Shown piece after piece: positions 21,812 through 30,217 of a DNA stretch of 64,000 nt. The stretch comes from Burkholderiales bacterium. GTDB lineage: Bacteria > Pseudomonadota > Gammaproteobacteria > Burkholderiales > SG8-39. The stretch is from contig DATCYZ010000033.1 in NCBI GenBank assembly GCA_036526195.1, positions 110,153 to 174,152 of the forward strand, given 5' to 3'. How positions within the stretch are numbered: the first letter of the stretch is position 1; each line of letters begins with the position of its first letter. The notes beneath the pieces are model-generated. The model saw only the letters and a program-made list of their open reading frames with translations, was not told the origin of the DNA and ran no database searches. A program made the position numbers and the translations under genes.

Positions 21812-22417
21812 TCAGGCGGCGCCCGCCTCGGCGAGCCAGCCTTCGAGCAGGTCGCGGACGTCCTCGACGCCGTCTCCCGAAAGGTTCGAAAGCAGACGGA
21901 CTTCCCCCTCGACGCCGCGCGCCGCGAGCTTTTTCACCGCCTCGGCCAGCGCCGCATCGCGGTCGCGGCGCCCGAGCTTGTCGGCCTTCGAGAGCACGAG
22001 GAGGACCCGCAGGCCGATCGGCCGCAGCCACGCGACCATGGCCGAGTCGTGCGGCGTGAAGGGGCGCCGCGCATCCATGATCACCACCACGATGGCGAGG
22101 CTCGCCCGGGTCGCGAGGTAGCCGCCGGCCAGCGTGTCCCATTCGGCCTTGATGGCTTCCGGCACCTTGGCGTAGCCGTAGCCGGGCAGGTCGGCCAGCC
22201 GCGCCGCTGCGCCGAGCGAGAAGAAATTGATCATCTGGGTGCGCCCGGGCGTCTTGCTGACGAAGGCGAGCTTGCGACGCCGGGCGAGTGCGTTGATGGT
22301 GCTCGACTTGCCGACGTTCGAGCGGCCGATGAAGGCCACTTCCGGCGGGCCGTCCGGCGGCAGGCGCTCGAGCTTGGCCACCGAAGTGAGGAAGACGGCG
22401 TTCGAGAAGGCGGACAT
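21812..22417 (-). CDS. yihA: Ribosome biogenesis GTP-binding protein YihA/EngB
   Basis: GRSNVGKSS, SKTPGRT, DLPGYGYA, SKADK. Confidence 0.96.
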   Translation of the reverse strand: MSAFSNAVFLTSVAKLERLPPDGPPEVAFIGRSNVGKSSTINALARRRKLAFVSKTPGRTQMINFFSLGAAARLADLPGYGYAKVPEAIKAEWDTLAGGYLATRASLAIVVVIMDARRPFTPHDSAMVAWLRPIGLRVLLVLSKADKLGRRDRDAALAEAVKKLAARGVEGEVRLLSNLSGDGVEDVRDLLEGWLAEAGAA

Positions 22418-22507
22418 GCGGCGACCCCGGATGCGCCGACGGCGCACGGTGAAAACGGAAATTGTAATAAAATCGCGACCTTTCCCCTCGACCGTGGAGT
22501 CGAACGC

Positions 22508-23146
22508 ATGAACCGAGTCGCAGTGATCGGCGCCGTCGTGGCGCTCCTTGGGTGGGGCGGCGCGGTGCACGCGCAGGCACCCGCCAAGGCTGACGCAGCC
22601 AGGGGGCAGAAGATCGCGACGCAGGTGTGCGCCGCCTGCCACATGGGGGACGGCAACAGCGAGCAGGCCGTAAATCCAAAGCTCGCGGGACAGATCCCGG
22701 AGTACCTTGCCAAGCAGCTGGCCAACTTCAAGGCCGGTGACGGCAAGAAGGCGGCGCGCGAAAACGCCGTGATGGCAGGCATGGTGGCCGGCCTGTCGGC
22801 GGACGACATGCAGGATCTTGCCAAGTACTACGGCAGGCAGAAGCTGAAGCCGGCCGCGGCGGGCGACAAGGACCTTGCCGCGCTCGGGCAGAAACTTTAC
22901 CGCGGCGGCAACATGGCGAGCGGCGTTGCCGCCTGCGCCGGTTGCCACGGTCCGGCCGGGGCGGGGATTCCCGCGCAGTACCCGCGGATCGCGGGCCAGT
23001 TTTCGGCCTACATCGAAGCGCAGCTCAAGGCGTTCCGTGACGGCTCGCGCGCGAATGACGCCAACGGCATGATGCGCGGGGTGGCCGCGCGCATGAGCGA
23101 TCGCGAAATCAAGGCAGTCGCGGAGTACACCGCAGGCCTGCGCTGA
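22508..23146 (+). CDS. Di-heme cytochrome c4
   Basis: Signal peptide, CAACH and CAGCH, PKLAGQ/PRIAGQ; divergent from yihA. Confidence 0.93.
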   Translation: MNRVAVIGAVVALLGWGGAVHAQAPAKADAARGQKIATQVCAACHMGDGNSEQAVNPKLAGQIPEYLAKQLANFKAGDGKKAARENAVMAGMVAGLSADDMQDLAKYYGRQKLKPAAAGDKDLAALGQKLYRGGNMASGVAACAGCHGPAGAGIPAQYPRIAGQFSAYIEAQLKAFRDGSRANDANGMMRGVAARMSDREIKAVAEYTAGLR

Positions 23147-23193
23147 CAACGTGCCGGAAGGCGCCACGCGTGGCGCATCGAAGCAGCCCTGCC

Positions 23194-23219
23194 GGGGCGG
23201 GCGAGAGTCCGCCCCTTTT
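23194..23219 (+). terminator. Rho-independent terminator after cyt c4
   Basis: GGGGCGGGC-GAGA-GTCCGCCCC-TTTT. Confidence 0.75.
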
Positions 23220-23240
23220 GCATTGCGCGGCGTGCGCTGA

Positions 23241-24641
23241 ATGCTCGACTTGATTGTCATCGGCTCTGGTCCCGGCGGGTTTCGCGCCGCGATGCTTGCC
23301 GCGCAGGGCGGCCTCAGGGTCGCGCTGGTCGAGCGCGACGACTGGGGCGGCGCCTGCCTGAACCGGGGGTGCGTGCCGAAGAAGGCGTGGTATCGCACCG
23401 CGCGGCTGGCAGCGGCCGCACCCGGATTTGCGCGCCGGGGCCTGTCGGGGTCCCTTGCGCCGGATTTTCCTGCCGCGTGGCGCTACCAGCGCGAAGTCGT
23501 ATCGACCGTGCGTGCGAGCTACGTCGCCTGGCTCGATCGTCTCGGCGTTCGCCGCGTGGAGGGCGCCGCGCGCTTCGTCGATCCCCGGCGCGTGCGGATC
23601 GAGGGCAAGCGCGATGGTGAAACGATCGCAGCGCGCCACACGATCATCGCCACCGGCTCGCGTCCGCAGCGGCCGCCCTGGCTGCGCGCGGGCGGTACGA
23701 AGGTCCTGGACACCGATGCCCTGTTCGAACGGCCGCCGCCCGAGGGCGGGCGCGTCGCGCTCCTCGGCAGCGGGGCGGTCGGCACCGAGATGGCGTTCAT
23801 CCTGGGGCAACTCGGGATCGAGCTCGTCTGGTTGACCGGACAGGCGCCGCTGTCGTCGATGGCGTTCAGCGCGCCGGCGAAGAAACGCCTTGGCGAGGCA
23901 CTCGCTGCGCAGGGCGTTGCCGCGCGCACCGGGTCGCGCCCGCTCGCCTGCCGCGTCGCGGGCGACGCGATCACACTCGAGTTGCCCGGGCATACGCAGC
24001 TGGAAGTCGACTGGGTGCTGGCCGGCACCGGACGGGTGCCGAACACCGATTCCCTGGATCTCGCCGCGGCGGGGGTGCGCGTCGATGCGCGCGGCTTCGT
24101 GGCGGTCGATGCGGCGCAGCGCACCAGCGTCGAAGGCGTGTACGCGATCGGGGATTGCGCGAATCCGGCCATGAGCGCGAACCACGCGCTGGCCGATGCG
24201 GGCGTTGCGATCAACTCGATCGTCTCGCCGCGCGCGGCGCCAGGGCCGCGTCCCTGGGTCCCCGAAGTGATCTATTCGGCGCTCGAACTCGCGCGCGTCG
24301 GCGCGACCGAGGACGCGCTCGAGGCCGGCGAGATCGAGTACGCCACCGGGTTCTCTTCCTTCGAGGCGAGCCCCGCGGCGCTCGCCGATGATGCCGCAGA
24401 CGGCTACGTGCGGCTGCTGGCGGCGAGCGAGGGCGGCGCGCTGCTCGGCTGCGAGATCGTCGGCGCCGAGGCGGGCGAACTGATCCAGCTGGCCGCCCCC
24501 GGCATGCCCGGCGAGGCGCTCCTCGCGCGTCTCGCGCGCGCCGGCGTCGCGCATCCGAGCCTGGGCGAGACCTTCGCCGACGCCGCCGAGTCCCTGGTCT
24601 CCGGGTGGGGGTTCAGGCGGGGCGGCGCCGGCGCGGCGTAG
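23241..24641 (+). CDS. Dihydrolipoamide dehydrogenase-like flavoprotein disulfide reductase
   Basis: GSGPGG, GGACLNRGCVP redox disulfide, IATGSRP, GSGAVGTE, YAIGD, HPSLGE. Confidence 0.88.
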   Translation: MLDLIVIGSGPGGFRAAMLAAQGGLRVALVERDDWGGACLNRGCVPKKAWYRTARLAAAAPGFARRGLSGSLAPDFPAAWRYQREVVSTVRASYVAWLDRLGVRRVEGAARFVDPRRVRIEGKRDGETIAARHTIIATGSRPQRPPWLRAGGTKVLDTDALFERPPPEGGRVALLGSGAVGTEMAFILGQLGIELVWLTGQAPLSSMAFSAPAKKRLGEALAAQGVAARTGSRPLACRVAGDAITLELPGHTQLEVDWVLAGTGRVPNTDSLDLAAAGVRVDARGFVAVDAAQRTSVEGVYAIGDCANPAMSANHALADAGVAINSIVSPRAAPGPRPWVPEVIYSALELARVGATEDALEAGEIEYATGFSSFEASPAALADDAADGYVRLLAASEGGALLGCEIVGAEAGELIQLAAPGMPGEALLARLARAGVAHPSLGETFADAAESLVSGWGFRRGGAGAA

Positions 24642-24646
24642 CCGCG

Positions 24647-24672
24647 GGAATAATCGGCGCCGGCGCCCTGTT
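24647..24672 (+). promoter_or_regulatory. Putative ECF-sigma promoter upstream of the cyt b / cyt c' / ECF operon
   Basis: GGAATA-N17-GTT ending 17 nt before the ATG at 24690. Confidence 0.4.
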
Positions 24673-24689
24673 GGCAGGGCAGAATCGAC

Positions 24690-25379
24690 ATGACCTCCGC
24701 CGCCCCCGTATCCACTCCCGCTTGGGATCTGCCGGTGCGCCTATTTCACTGGGCGCTGGTGCTGCTCGTCGTTGGCTCGGTGGTCACCGGCCTCCTCGGG
24801 GGCAACCTGATGGTCTGGCACATGCGCTTCGGCTACGCGATCCTCGCGCTGGTGCTGTTTCGCCTGCTCTGGGGTCTGGCCGGCAGCAGCACGGCGCGCT
24901 TCAGCGATTTCCTCTACGGGCCGCGTCGTGTCGCGGGCTTTGCCGGCGCGCTCCTCAAGCGGCGCGAGGCGCACTACCTCGGCCACAATCCGCTCGGCGG
25001 GTGGATGGTCGTGGTGCTGCTTGCGGCGCTCCTCTTCCAGGCCTCGAGCGGCCTGTTCGCGAACGACGACATCGCCGTCGAGGGTCCGCTCTACCCGTTC
25101 ATCGGCAAGGACCTGAGCGACCGGCTCACCGGCCTGCACAAGCTGAACATCAAGCTGATCTACGGGCTGGTGGCGCTGCATGTCGCGGCGGTGCTGTTCC
25201 ACTGGCTCGCACGCGGCGAGAACCTCGTGCGAGCGATGTTCTCGGGCGACAAGCAACTGCCGCCGGGCACGCCGGGGGCGCCCGCGCGCTTTGCTGGCGG
25301 CGGGCGCGCGCTGGCGCTCGCGATCCTGAGCGGCCTCGCCGTCTGGCTGCTCGTGACCCAACCTTTTTCCAACCCCTGA
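24690..25379 (+). CDS. Cytochrome b/b6-domain membrane protein (Ni/Fe-hydrogenase cyt b-like)
   Basis: WDLPVRLFHW, WHMRFGY, GHNPLGG, LH...LH heme ligands, ENLVRAM. Confidence 0.9.
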   Translation: MTSAAPVSTPAWDLPVRLFHWALVLLVVGSVVTGLLGGNLMVWHMRFGYAILALVLFRLLWGLAGSSTARFSDFLYGPRRVAGFAGALLKRREAHYLGHNPLGGWMVVVLLAALLFQASSGLFANDDIAVEGPLYPFIGKDLSDRLTGLHKLNIKLIYGLVALHVAAVLFHWLARGENLVRAMFSGDKQLPPGTPGAPARFAGGGRALALAILSGLAVWLLVTQPFSNP

Positions 25380-25386
25380 CAGGGAG

Positions 25387-25872
25387 ATGTCGATGACACG
25401 ATTCACCAAGATCGGGCTTGCGCTTGCACTGACCGCCAGCGCCACGTCCATTGCCTATGCACAGATGAAGCCCGAGGATGCGATTCGCGCGCGCCAGTCC
25501 ATCATGCGCGTGGTGGCCCTCAATTTCGGTCCCGTGGCGCAGATGGCGCAGGGCAAGATGCCCTGGAACAAGGAGGCCTTCGTCGCCAATGCGCTGCGCC
25601 TCGAGTCGGTCTGGGCGATGAACCCGCACCGCTTCTTCCCGGCGGGCAGCGACAAGGCGGTGGCGGGCGCGAAGATCGCGTCGTTTACCGACGCGACGCC
25701 CGAGGCCTGGTCGAAGGGCGAGGATTTCAAGAAAGCCTTCGACGGCAATACCCAGGCCATTGCGAAGCTTGCCGCCGCTGCCAAGTCCGGCGACGAAGCT
25801 GCCATGAAATCGGCCGCTGGCGACGTCGGCAAGGCCTGCAAGGTCTGCCACGACGACTTCAGGGCGAAGTAA
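25387..25872 (+). CDS. Cytochrome c' (class II cytochrome c)
   Basis: Signal peptide, IRARQSIM, C-terminal CKVCHDDFR. Confidence 0.9.
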   Translation: MSMTRFTKIGLALALTASATSIAYAQMKPEDAIRARQSIMRVVALNFGPVAQMAQGKMPWNKEAFVANALRLESVWAMNPHRFFPAGSDKAVAGAKIASFTDATPEAWSKGEDFKKAFDGNTQAIAKLAAAAKSGDEAAMKSAAGDVGKACKVCHDDFRAK

Positions 25873-25938
25873 GCCGTCGCGCGGCGGCCGTCCGGCTGGC
25901 GTACCGCAGCCGGACCCGCCTGCGTGATAATGCGCCGG

Positions 25939-26439
25939 ATGAGGGATTCCGACGCCGTCGTTGCGCTGATTCCGCGACTTCGCCGCTACGCGCGCGCGCT
26001 GGTCGGCGATCGCGGTGCGGCCGACGACCTGGTGCAGGACACGCTCGAACGTGCACTGGTCAAGTTCCACCTCTGGCGGCCGGGCAGCGACCTGCGGGCG
26101 TGGCTGTTCGCCATCATGCACAACGTGCACGTGAACCACGTGCGCGCGCGGCGCGAGTTTGCGCCGCTCGACGACGAGACGCTGGAGATCCCGGTGCGCG
26201 CAACGCAGGAGGTCGCGCTGCAGGGGCGCGACCTCGGGCGCGCGGTGGCGCAACTGCCCGACGGGCAGCGCGAAGTGCTGCTGCTCGTCGTGCTCGAGGA
26301 CATGAGCTACCAGGACGTTGCGGAAGCGCTCGGAATCCCGATCGGCACCGTGATGTCGCGCCTTTCGCGGGCACGCGAGAAGGTGCGCACGTCGATGGAA
26401 GGGTTGCCCGGCCCGGGGCGTTTGCAGGTTGTGAAGTGA
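25939..26439 (+). CDS. ECF RNA polymerase sigma factor (ECF26/PrtI-like)
   Basis: IPRLRRYARAL, ADDLVQDTLERA, RAWLFAIMHN, GIPIGTVMSRLSRAR; start could be 25930. Confidence 0.9.
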   Translation: MRDSDAVVALIPRLRRYARALVGDRGAADDLVQDTLERALVKFHLWRPGSDLRAWLFAIMHNVHVNHVRARREFAPLDDETLEIPVRATQEVALQGRDLGRAVAQLPDGQREVLLLVVLEDMSYQDVAEALGIPIGTVMSRLSRAREKVRTSMEGLPGPGRLQVVK

Positions 26440-26446
26440 TGCCATC

Positions 26447-27211
26447 ATGAGCGAATCCTTTCCCACCGAATCCGACCTGCACGCCTGGCTCGACGGCCGG
26501 CTGCCGGCGGCGCGGCGCGACGAAGTCGAGGCCTGGCTGGCCGCGCGTCCGGAAGAGGCGGCCCGGCTGGCGGCCTACCACGCGCACGATTCGGCACTGC
26601 GCGCGCTGCACCAGCCGGTACTCGAGGAGCCGGTCCCCGGCAGGCTGGTGCCGACGGTGCGCGTGCGCCGTGCGCGCGTGCTGCGTGTTGCCGCGGCCTT
26701 TGCCTGGATCGCGCTCGGCATGGTTGGCGGCTGGCAGATGCAGCGCGCCCTCCACCCGGCCGACCATGAGCCGGCGCCGGTGCCGATCGCGCGCAACGCG
26801 GCGATCGCGCACGCGACCTACTCCCCCGAAGTGCGCCACCCGGTCGAGGTGGGCGCGGACCAGGAACAGCACCTGGTGGCGTGGCTCTCCAAGCGGCTCG
26901 GCGCGCAGGTGCGCGCGCCGAAGCTCGAGGGCGTCGGCTACAGCCTGATCGGCGGCCGCCTGCTGCCGGGGGACGCGGGCCCGACCGCGCAGTTCATGTA
27001 CCAGTGCAAGGCGGGCACCCGCATCACGTTGTACGTGCGCACCGAGGCGCCGGACCACGGCCAGACCGCGTTCCGCTATGCCGACGAAGGCAACGTGCGG
27101 GTGTTCTACTGGATCGACCGCACCATGGGGTACGCGCTGTCCTCGGGCGACGTCAGCAAGGCGGACCTGTACAAGGTGGCGACCTCGGTGTATTCGCAGC
27201 TCAATCCCTGA
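26447..27211 (+). CDS. Transmembrane anti-sigma factor
   Basis: DLHAWLDGRL, single TM, AH..YSPEVRHPVEV, WLSKRLG, LIGGRLLPG; follows the ECF sigma. Confidence 0.9.
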   Translation: MSESFPTESDLHAWLDGRLPAARRDEVEAWLAARPEEAARLAAYHAHDSALRALHQPVLEEPVPGRLVPTVRVRRARVLRVAAAFAWIALGMVGGWQMQRALHPADHEPAPVPIARNAAIAHATYSPEVRHPVEVGADQEQHLVAWLSKRLGAQVRAPKLEGVGYSLIGGRLLPGDAGPTAQFMYQCKAGTRITLYVRTEAPDHGQTAFRYADEGNVRVFYWIDRTMGYALSSGDVSKADLYKVATSVYSQLNP

Positions 27212-27356
27212 CGGCGCAGCGACCGCGGCGTTCGCCGCCGCGGCGCCGTCTGCGCTGGATGGAACCGCACTGCGTGCGGTTCATCCCGCGCGAAACACGC
27301 CGTTGCGATGTGGCGTCAGGATCGCGCGCGATCGCGCTGTTCTGGTACCGTTTCGA

Positions 27357-28562
27357 ATGCGTACCGGGATCATGATTCGGCCATCGGCCGGGCAACGTAC
27401 CGCCGCGGCGCTGGCCGCGGCCACGGTGTTCTTCCTGCCCAGCGGCACCCTCTACGCCTTCAGCGTGTTCTTGGTGCCGATGGAAACGCTGCTCGGTGTC
27501 GGGCGCACTGCAATGAGCGTGGTGTTCGCGCTCGCCGCGGTGACGCTCACCGCGGGCATGAACCTCGCCCCGCGCCTGTATCGCACGATTGCGCCGGCGC
27601 GCCTCGCGCTTGCCTGCGGCCTGTGCAGCGGCGCCGGGCTGCTGCTCACCGCGACGGCCACGACCTTCGCGCAGTTCGTGCTCGGCTACGGCGTGCTGTT
27701 CGGCTTCGGCGCCGGCGTGGGCTTCATCGTCATGCAGCAGGGCGTGAACCAGGCGGTGAGCACCCATCGCGGCCTGGCCAACGGCTACGTGGTGAGCCTG
27801 TACCCGCTCGGCGCGATGATCGGCGCGCCGCTGATCGCCTGGTCGCTCGCCGCCGCGGGCCTGCGCTTCACGCTGCTGGCGCTCGCCTTCGCCATGCTGG
27901 CCGGCGGCCTGCTGGCCTCGGTCCTGATTCACTTCGCGGCGATCCGCATGCACGATGCCAGCGACGACGCGGAGAACGGCGCCGATCCGCAGTGGCCGCT
28001 GTTCCTGCGCCTGTCGACGGTGTTCTTCCTCGCGGCCGCGGCGGGGCTGATGGTGATGAGCCAGGTGGCGGAGATCGTGCGCGCCTACGGTGGGGCGACC
28101 GTGCTTGCGGTCGGCGCAACGACCCTGATCACCGGGGCGATCGCGGCGGCGCGCCTTGGCGGGGGCTGGCTTGCCGACCGTTTCCCGGTGCCGGTCGTGG
28201 CCGCCGGCGCGCACCTCTGGTCGCTCGCCGGCGCGATGCTGCTCGCGTTCTGGCCGCAACCGCTGGTGGCGGTGCCGGCGCTCGCCATGATCGGCATGGG
28301 CTACGGCTTCATCTCCGGGCTGACGGCGGGCGCGATCGCCCAGTACTGGCACCGCAACGCCTTCGGCAGCGTGGCGAGCCGCCTGTACATCGCCTGGTGT
28401 GTCGCGGCGCTCAGCCTGCCGGTGTTCGCCGGCTGGCTCTACGACCAGACGCAGGGCTACCGCGCAGCGGTGCTGATCGCCGGCGGGGTGAACCTGCTCG
28501 GTGTGTACTTCGCGGCGGGTCTGCCACGCCGTGCCCGGTCGGTGCGTCCCGCGCCGGCCTGA
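27357..28562 (+). CDS. MFS transporter (OFA-like)
   Basis: Multiple TM helices, YAFSVFL, RGLANG, GWLADRF, GWLYD; start ATG 27357 or 27372. Confidence 0.85.
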   Translation: MRTGIMIRPSAGQRTAAALAAATVFFLPSGTLYAFSVFLVPMETLLGVGRTAMSVVFALAAVTLTAGMNLAPRLYRTIAPARLALACGLCSGAGLLLTATATTFAQFVLGYGVLFGFGAGVGFIVMQQGVNQAVSTHRGLANGYVVSLYPLGAMIGAPLIAWSLAAAGLRFTLLALAFAMLAGGLLASVLIHFAAIRMHDASDDAENGADPQWPLFLRLSTVFFLAAAAGLMVMSQVAEIVRAYGGATVLAVGATTLITGAIAAARLGGGWLADRFPVPVVAAGAHLWSLAGAMLLAFWPQPLVAVPALAMIGMGYGFISGLTAGAIAQYWHRNAFGSVASRLYIAWCVAALSLPVFAGWLYDQTQGYRAAVLIAGGVNLLGVYFAAGLPRRARSVRPAPA

Positions 28563-28588
28563 GTCCCGGCGCGTGTCGCCGGCGTCGG

Positions 28589-28616
28589 CAAGATGTTCCC
28601 GATCGGGAACATCTTG
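28589..28616. terminator. Perfect 28-bp palindrome between convergent MFS and GST genes; possibly a bidirectional terminator
   Basis: CAAGATGTTCCCGA|TCGGGAACATCTTG followed by GCTTTTCTT. Confidence 0.55.
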
Positions 28617-28632
28617 GCTTTTCTTGCGCCTG

Positions 28633-29304
28633 CTAGCGCATCAGCGCGTAGGGCCCGCCCCGCTCGACGGCGCGCTGGTACGCCGGCCGCGCATGGATGC
28701 GCTCGAGAAAGCCCACCAGCGCCTGGCGGCGCGCATTCAAACCGCCGCGTGCGGCCGCGGCCTCCAGCGGGAAGCTCATCTGGATGTCCGCGGCGGTGAA
28801 GTCCTGTCCGGCGAACCAGGGTCGGTCGGCAAGTTCCGCCTCCATCCAGTCGAGGTGGCGCGTGATTTGCGGCTCGATGAACCCGGTCTTCACCTTGCGG
28901 GCGATGGCGCGCGCCACCGGCCTGACGAAGAACGGCATCGGGCCGCGCTCGAGCCGGTCGAAGACCAGCTTCATCAATAGCGGCGGCATCGCCGAGCCCT
29001 CGGCGTAGTGCAACCAGTAGGTGTAGCGCAGCCGCTCCGGGGTCCCCGGTGGCGGGATGAAGCGCCCGCCACCGTGGCGCTCGACGAGGTACTCGACGAT
29101 CGCCCCGGATTCGGCGACGGTCCGTTCTCCGTCAGTCACGACGGGCGACTTGCCCAGGGGGTGCACGCGCCGAAGTTCAGGCGGGGCGAGCGAGGTCTGC
29201 GCATCGCGCGCGTACCGTTGAACCTCGTACTCGAGCCCGAGTTCCTCCAGCAGCCAGAGCACCCGCTGCGAGCGCGAGTTCTCCAGGTGATGGACAACGA
29301 TCAC
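28633..29304 (-). CDS. Glutathione S-transferase
   Basis: GTG start; HHLENSRSQRVLWLLEELG, HPLGKSPV, AESGAI, HYAEGS, FTAADIQMSF. Confidence 0.92.
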   Translation of the reverse strand: MIVVHHLENSRSQRVLWLLEELGLEYEVQRYARDAQTSLAPPELRRVHPLGKSPVVTDGERTVAESGAIVEYLVERHGGGRFIPPPGTPERLRYTYWLHYAEGSAMPPLLMKLVFDRLERGPMPFFVRPVARAIARKVKTGFIEPQITRHLDWMEAELADRPWFAGQDFTAADIQMSFPLEAAAARGGLNARRQALVGFLERIHARPAYQRAVERGGPYALMR

Positions 29305-30119
29305 GCGCCGGCGGCGGCCCGGCTGATGATGTAGCCGCCCGATTTCTCGTCGCGCTCGAGCTGGAAGAGCTTGCGCTTGCCGGCTTCCTCGAGCAGGTCG
29401 GAGAAGGCGCGAAAGCCGTAGTAGGACTCGTTGAAGCCCGGGTTGCGGCGCTTCAGCGCCTGCTTGACCATCGAGCCCCAGACCTTCTCGCCCTCGCCGC
29501 GTTCCGCGATCAGGGCTTCGAAGGTCTCGAGCGCGAGGTCGAGCGCCTCCTGGTGCTTGTCCTCGCTGCCGGCGCTGTCCTTCGCGCCCTTGGCGGGCTT
29601 GGCATCGCGGCGCTTCTTCGCGGCGCGCCGCTTGACCTCGTCCTCGCGTACCAGGTCGTCGTAGAAAACGAACTCGTCGCAGTTGGCGATCAGCAGGTCG
29701 GAGGTGGAGTTCTTCACCCCGACGCCGATCACGGTCTTGGCGTTCTCGCGCAGCTTCGAGACCAGCGGCGAGAAATCCGAATCGCCGCTGACGATGACGA
29801 AGGTGTCGACGTGCGCCTTGGTGTAGCAAAGGTCGAGCGCGTCCACCACCATGCGGATGTCGGCGGAGTTCTTGCCCGACATGCGCACATGCGGGATCTC
29901 GATCAACTCGAACGAGGCGCCGTGCATCGAGGCCTTGAAGGCCTTGTAGCGCTCCCAGTCGCAGTAGGCCTTCTTGACGACGATCGAGCCCTTGAGCAGC
30001 AATCGCTCGAGCACCTTGCCGATGTCGAACTGGGCGTATTTGGCGTCCTGCACCCCGAGCGCTACGTTCTCGAAGTCGCAGAACACCGCGAGATTGCGGG
30101 TTTCCTGGGAGGCGGCCAT
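29301..30119 (-). CDS. NYN-domain protein (LabA/DUF88, PIN-like) with C-terminal OST-HTH/LOTUS domain
   Basis: VFCDFEN, KNSADIRMVVDA, SGDSDFSPL, CDEF, PGFNESYYGFRAFSDLLE. Confidence 0.9.
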   Translation of the reverse strand: MAASQETRNLAVFCDFENVALGVQDAKYAQFDIGKVLERLLLKGSIVVKKAYCDWERYKAFKASMHGASFELIEIPHVRMSGKNSADIRMVVDALDLCYTKAHVDTFVIVSGDSDFSPLVSKLRENAKTVIGVGVKNSTSDLLIANCDEFVFYDDLVREDEVKRRAAKKRRDAKPAKGAKDSAGSEDKHQEALDLALETFEALIAERGEGEKVWGSMVKQALKRRNPGFNESYYGFRAFSDLLEEAGKRKLFQLERDEKSGGYIISRAAAGA

Positions 30120-30217
30120 GCGCGATGCTAGCAGAAGGCCTCCCGCGCAGTGAAACGCGCACCCCCGGGGGAGCGCCCTGCCCGTATCATCGCCCCACCT
30201 TCTCCAGGAGCCTCCCC

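Noticed and set aside
23161..23176. Perfect palindrome GCGCCACGCGTGGCGC
   Set aside because: Almost all G/C in a GC-rich genome, next to a terminator; no independent evidence of function
27257..27286. GGAACC-containing ECF promoter or riboswitch upstream of the MFS gene
   Set aside because: Better explained as a simple hairpin (GAACCGCA/TGCGGTTC) after the anti-sigma gene; no recognisable aptamer
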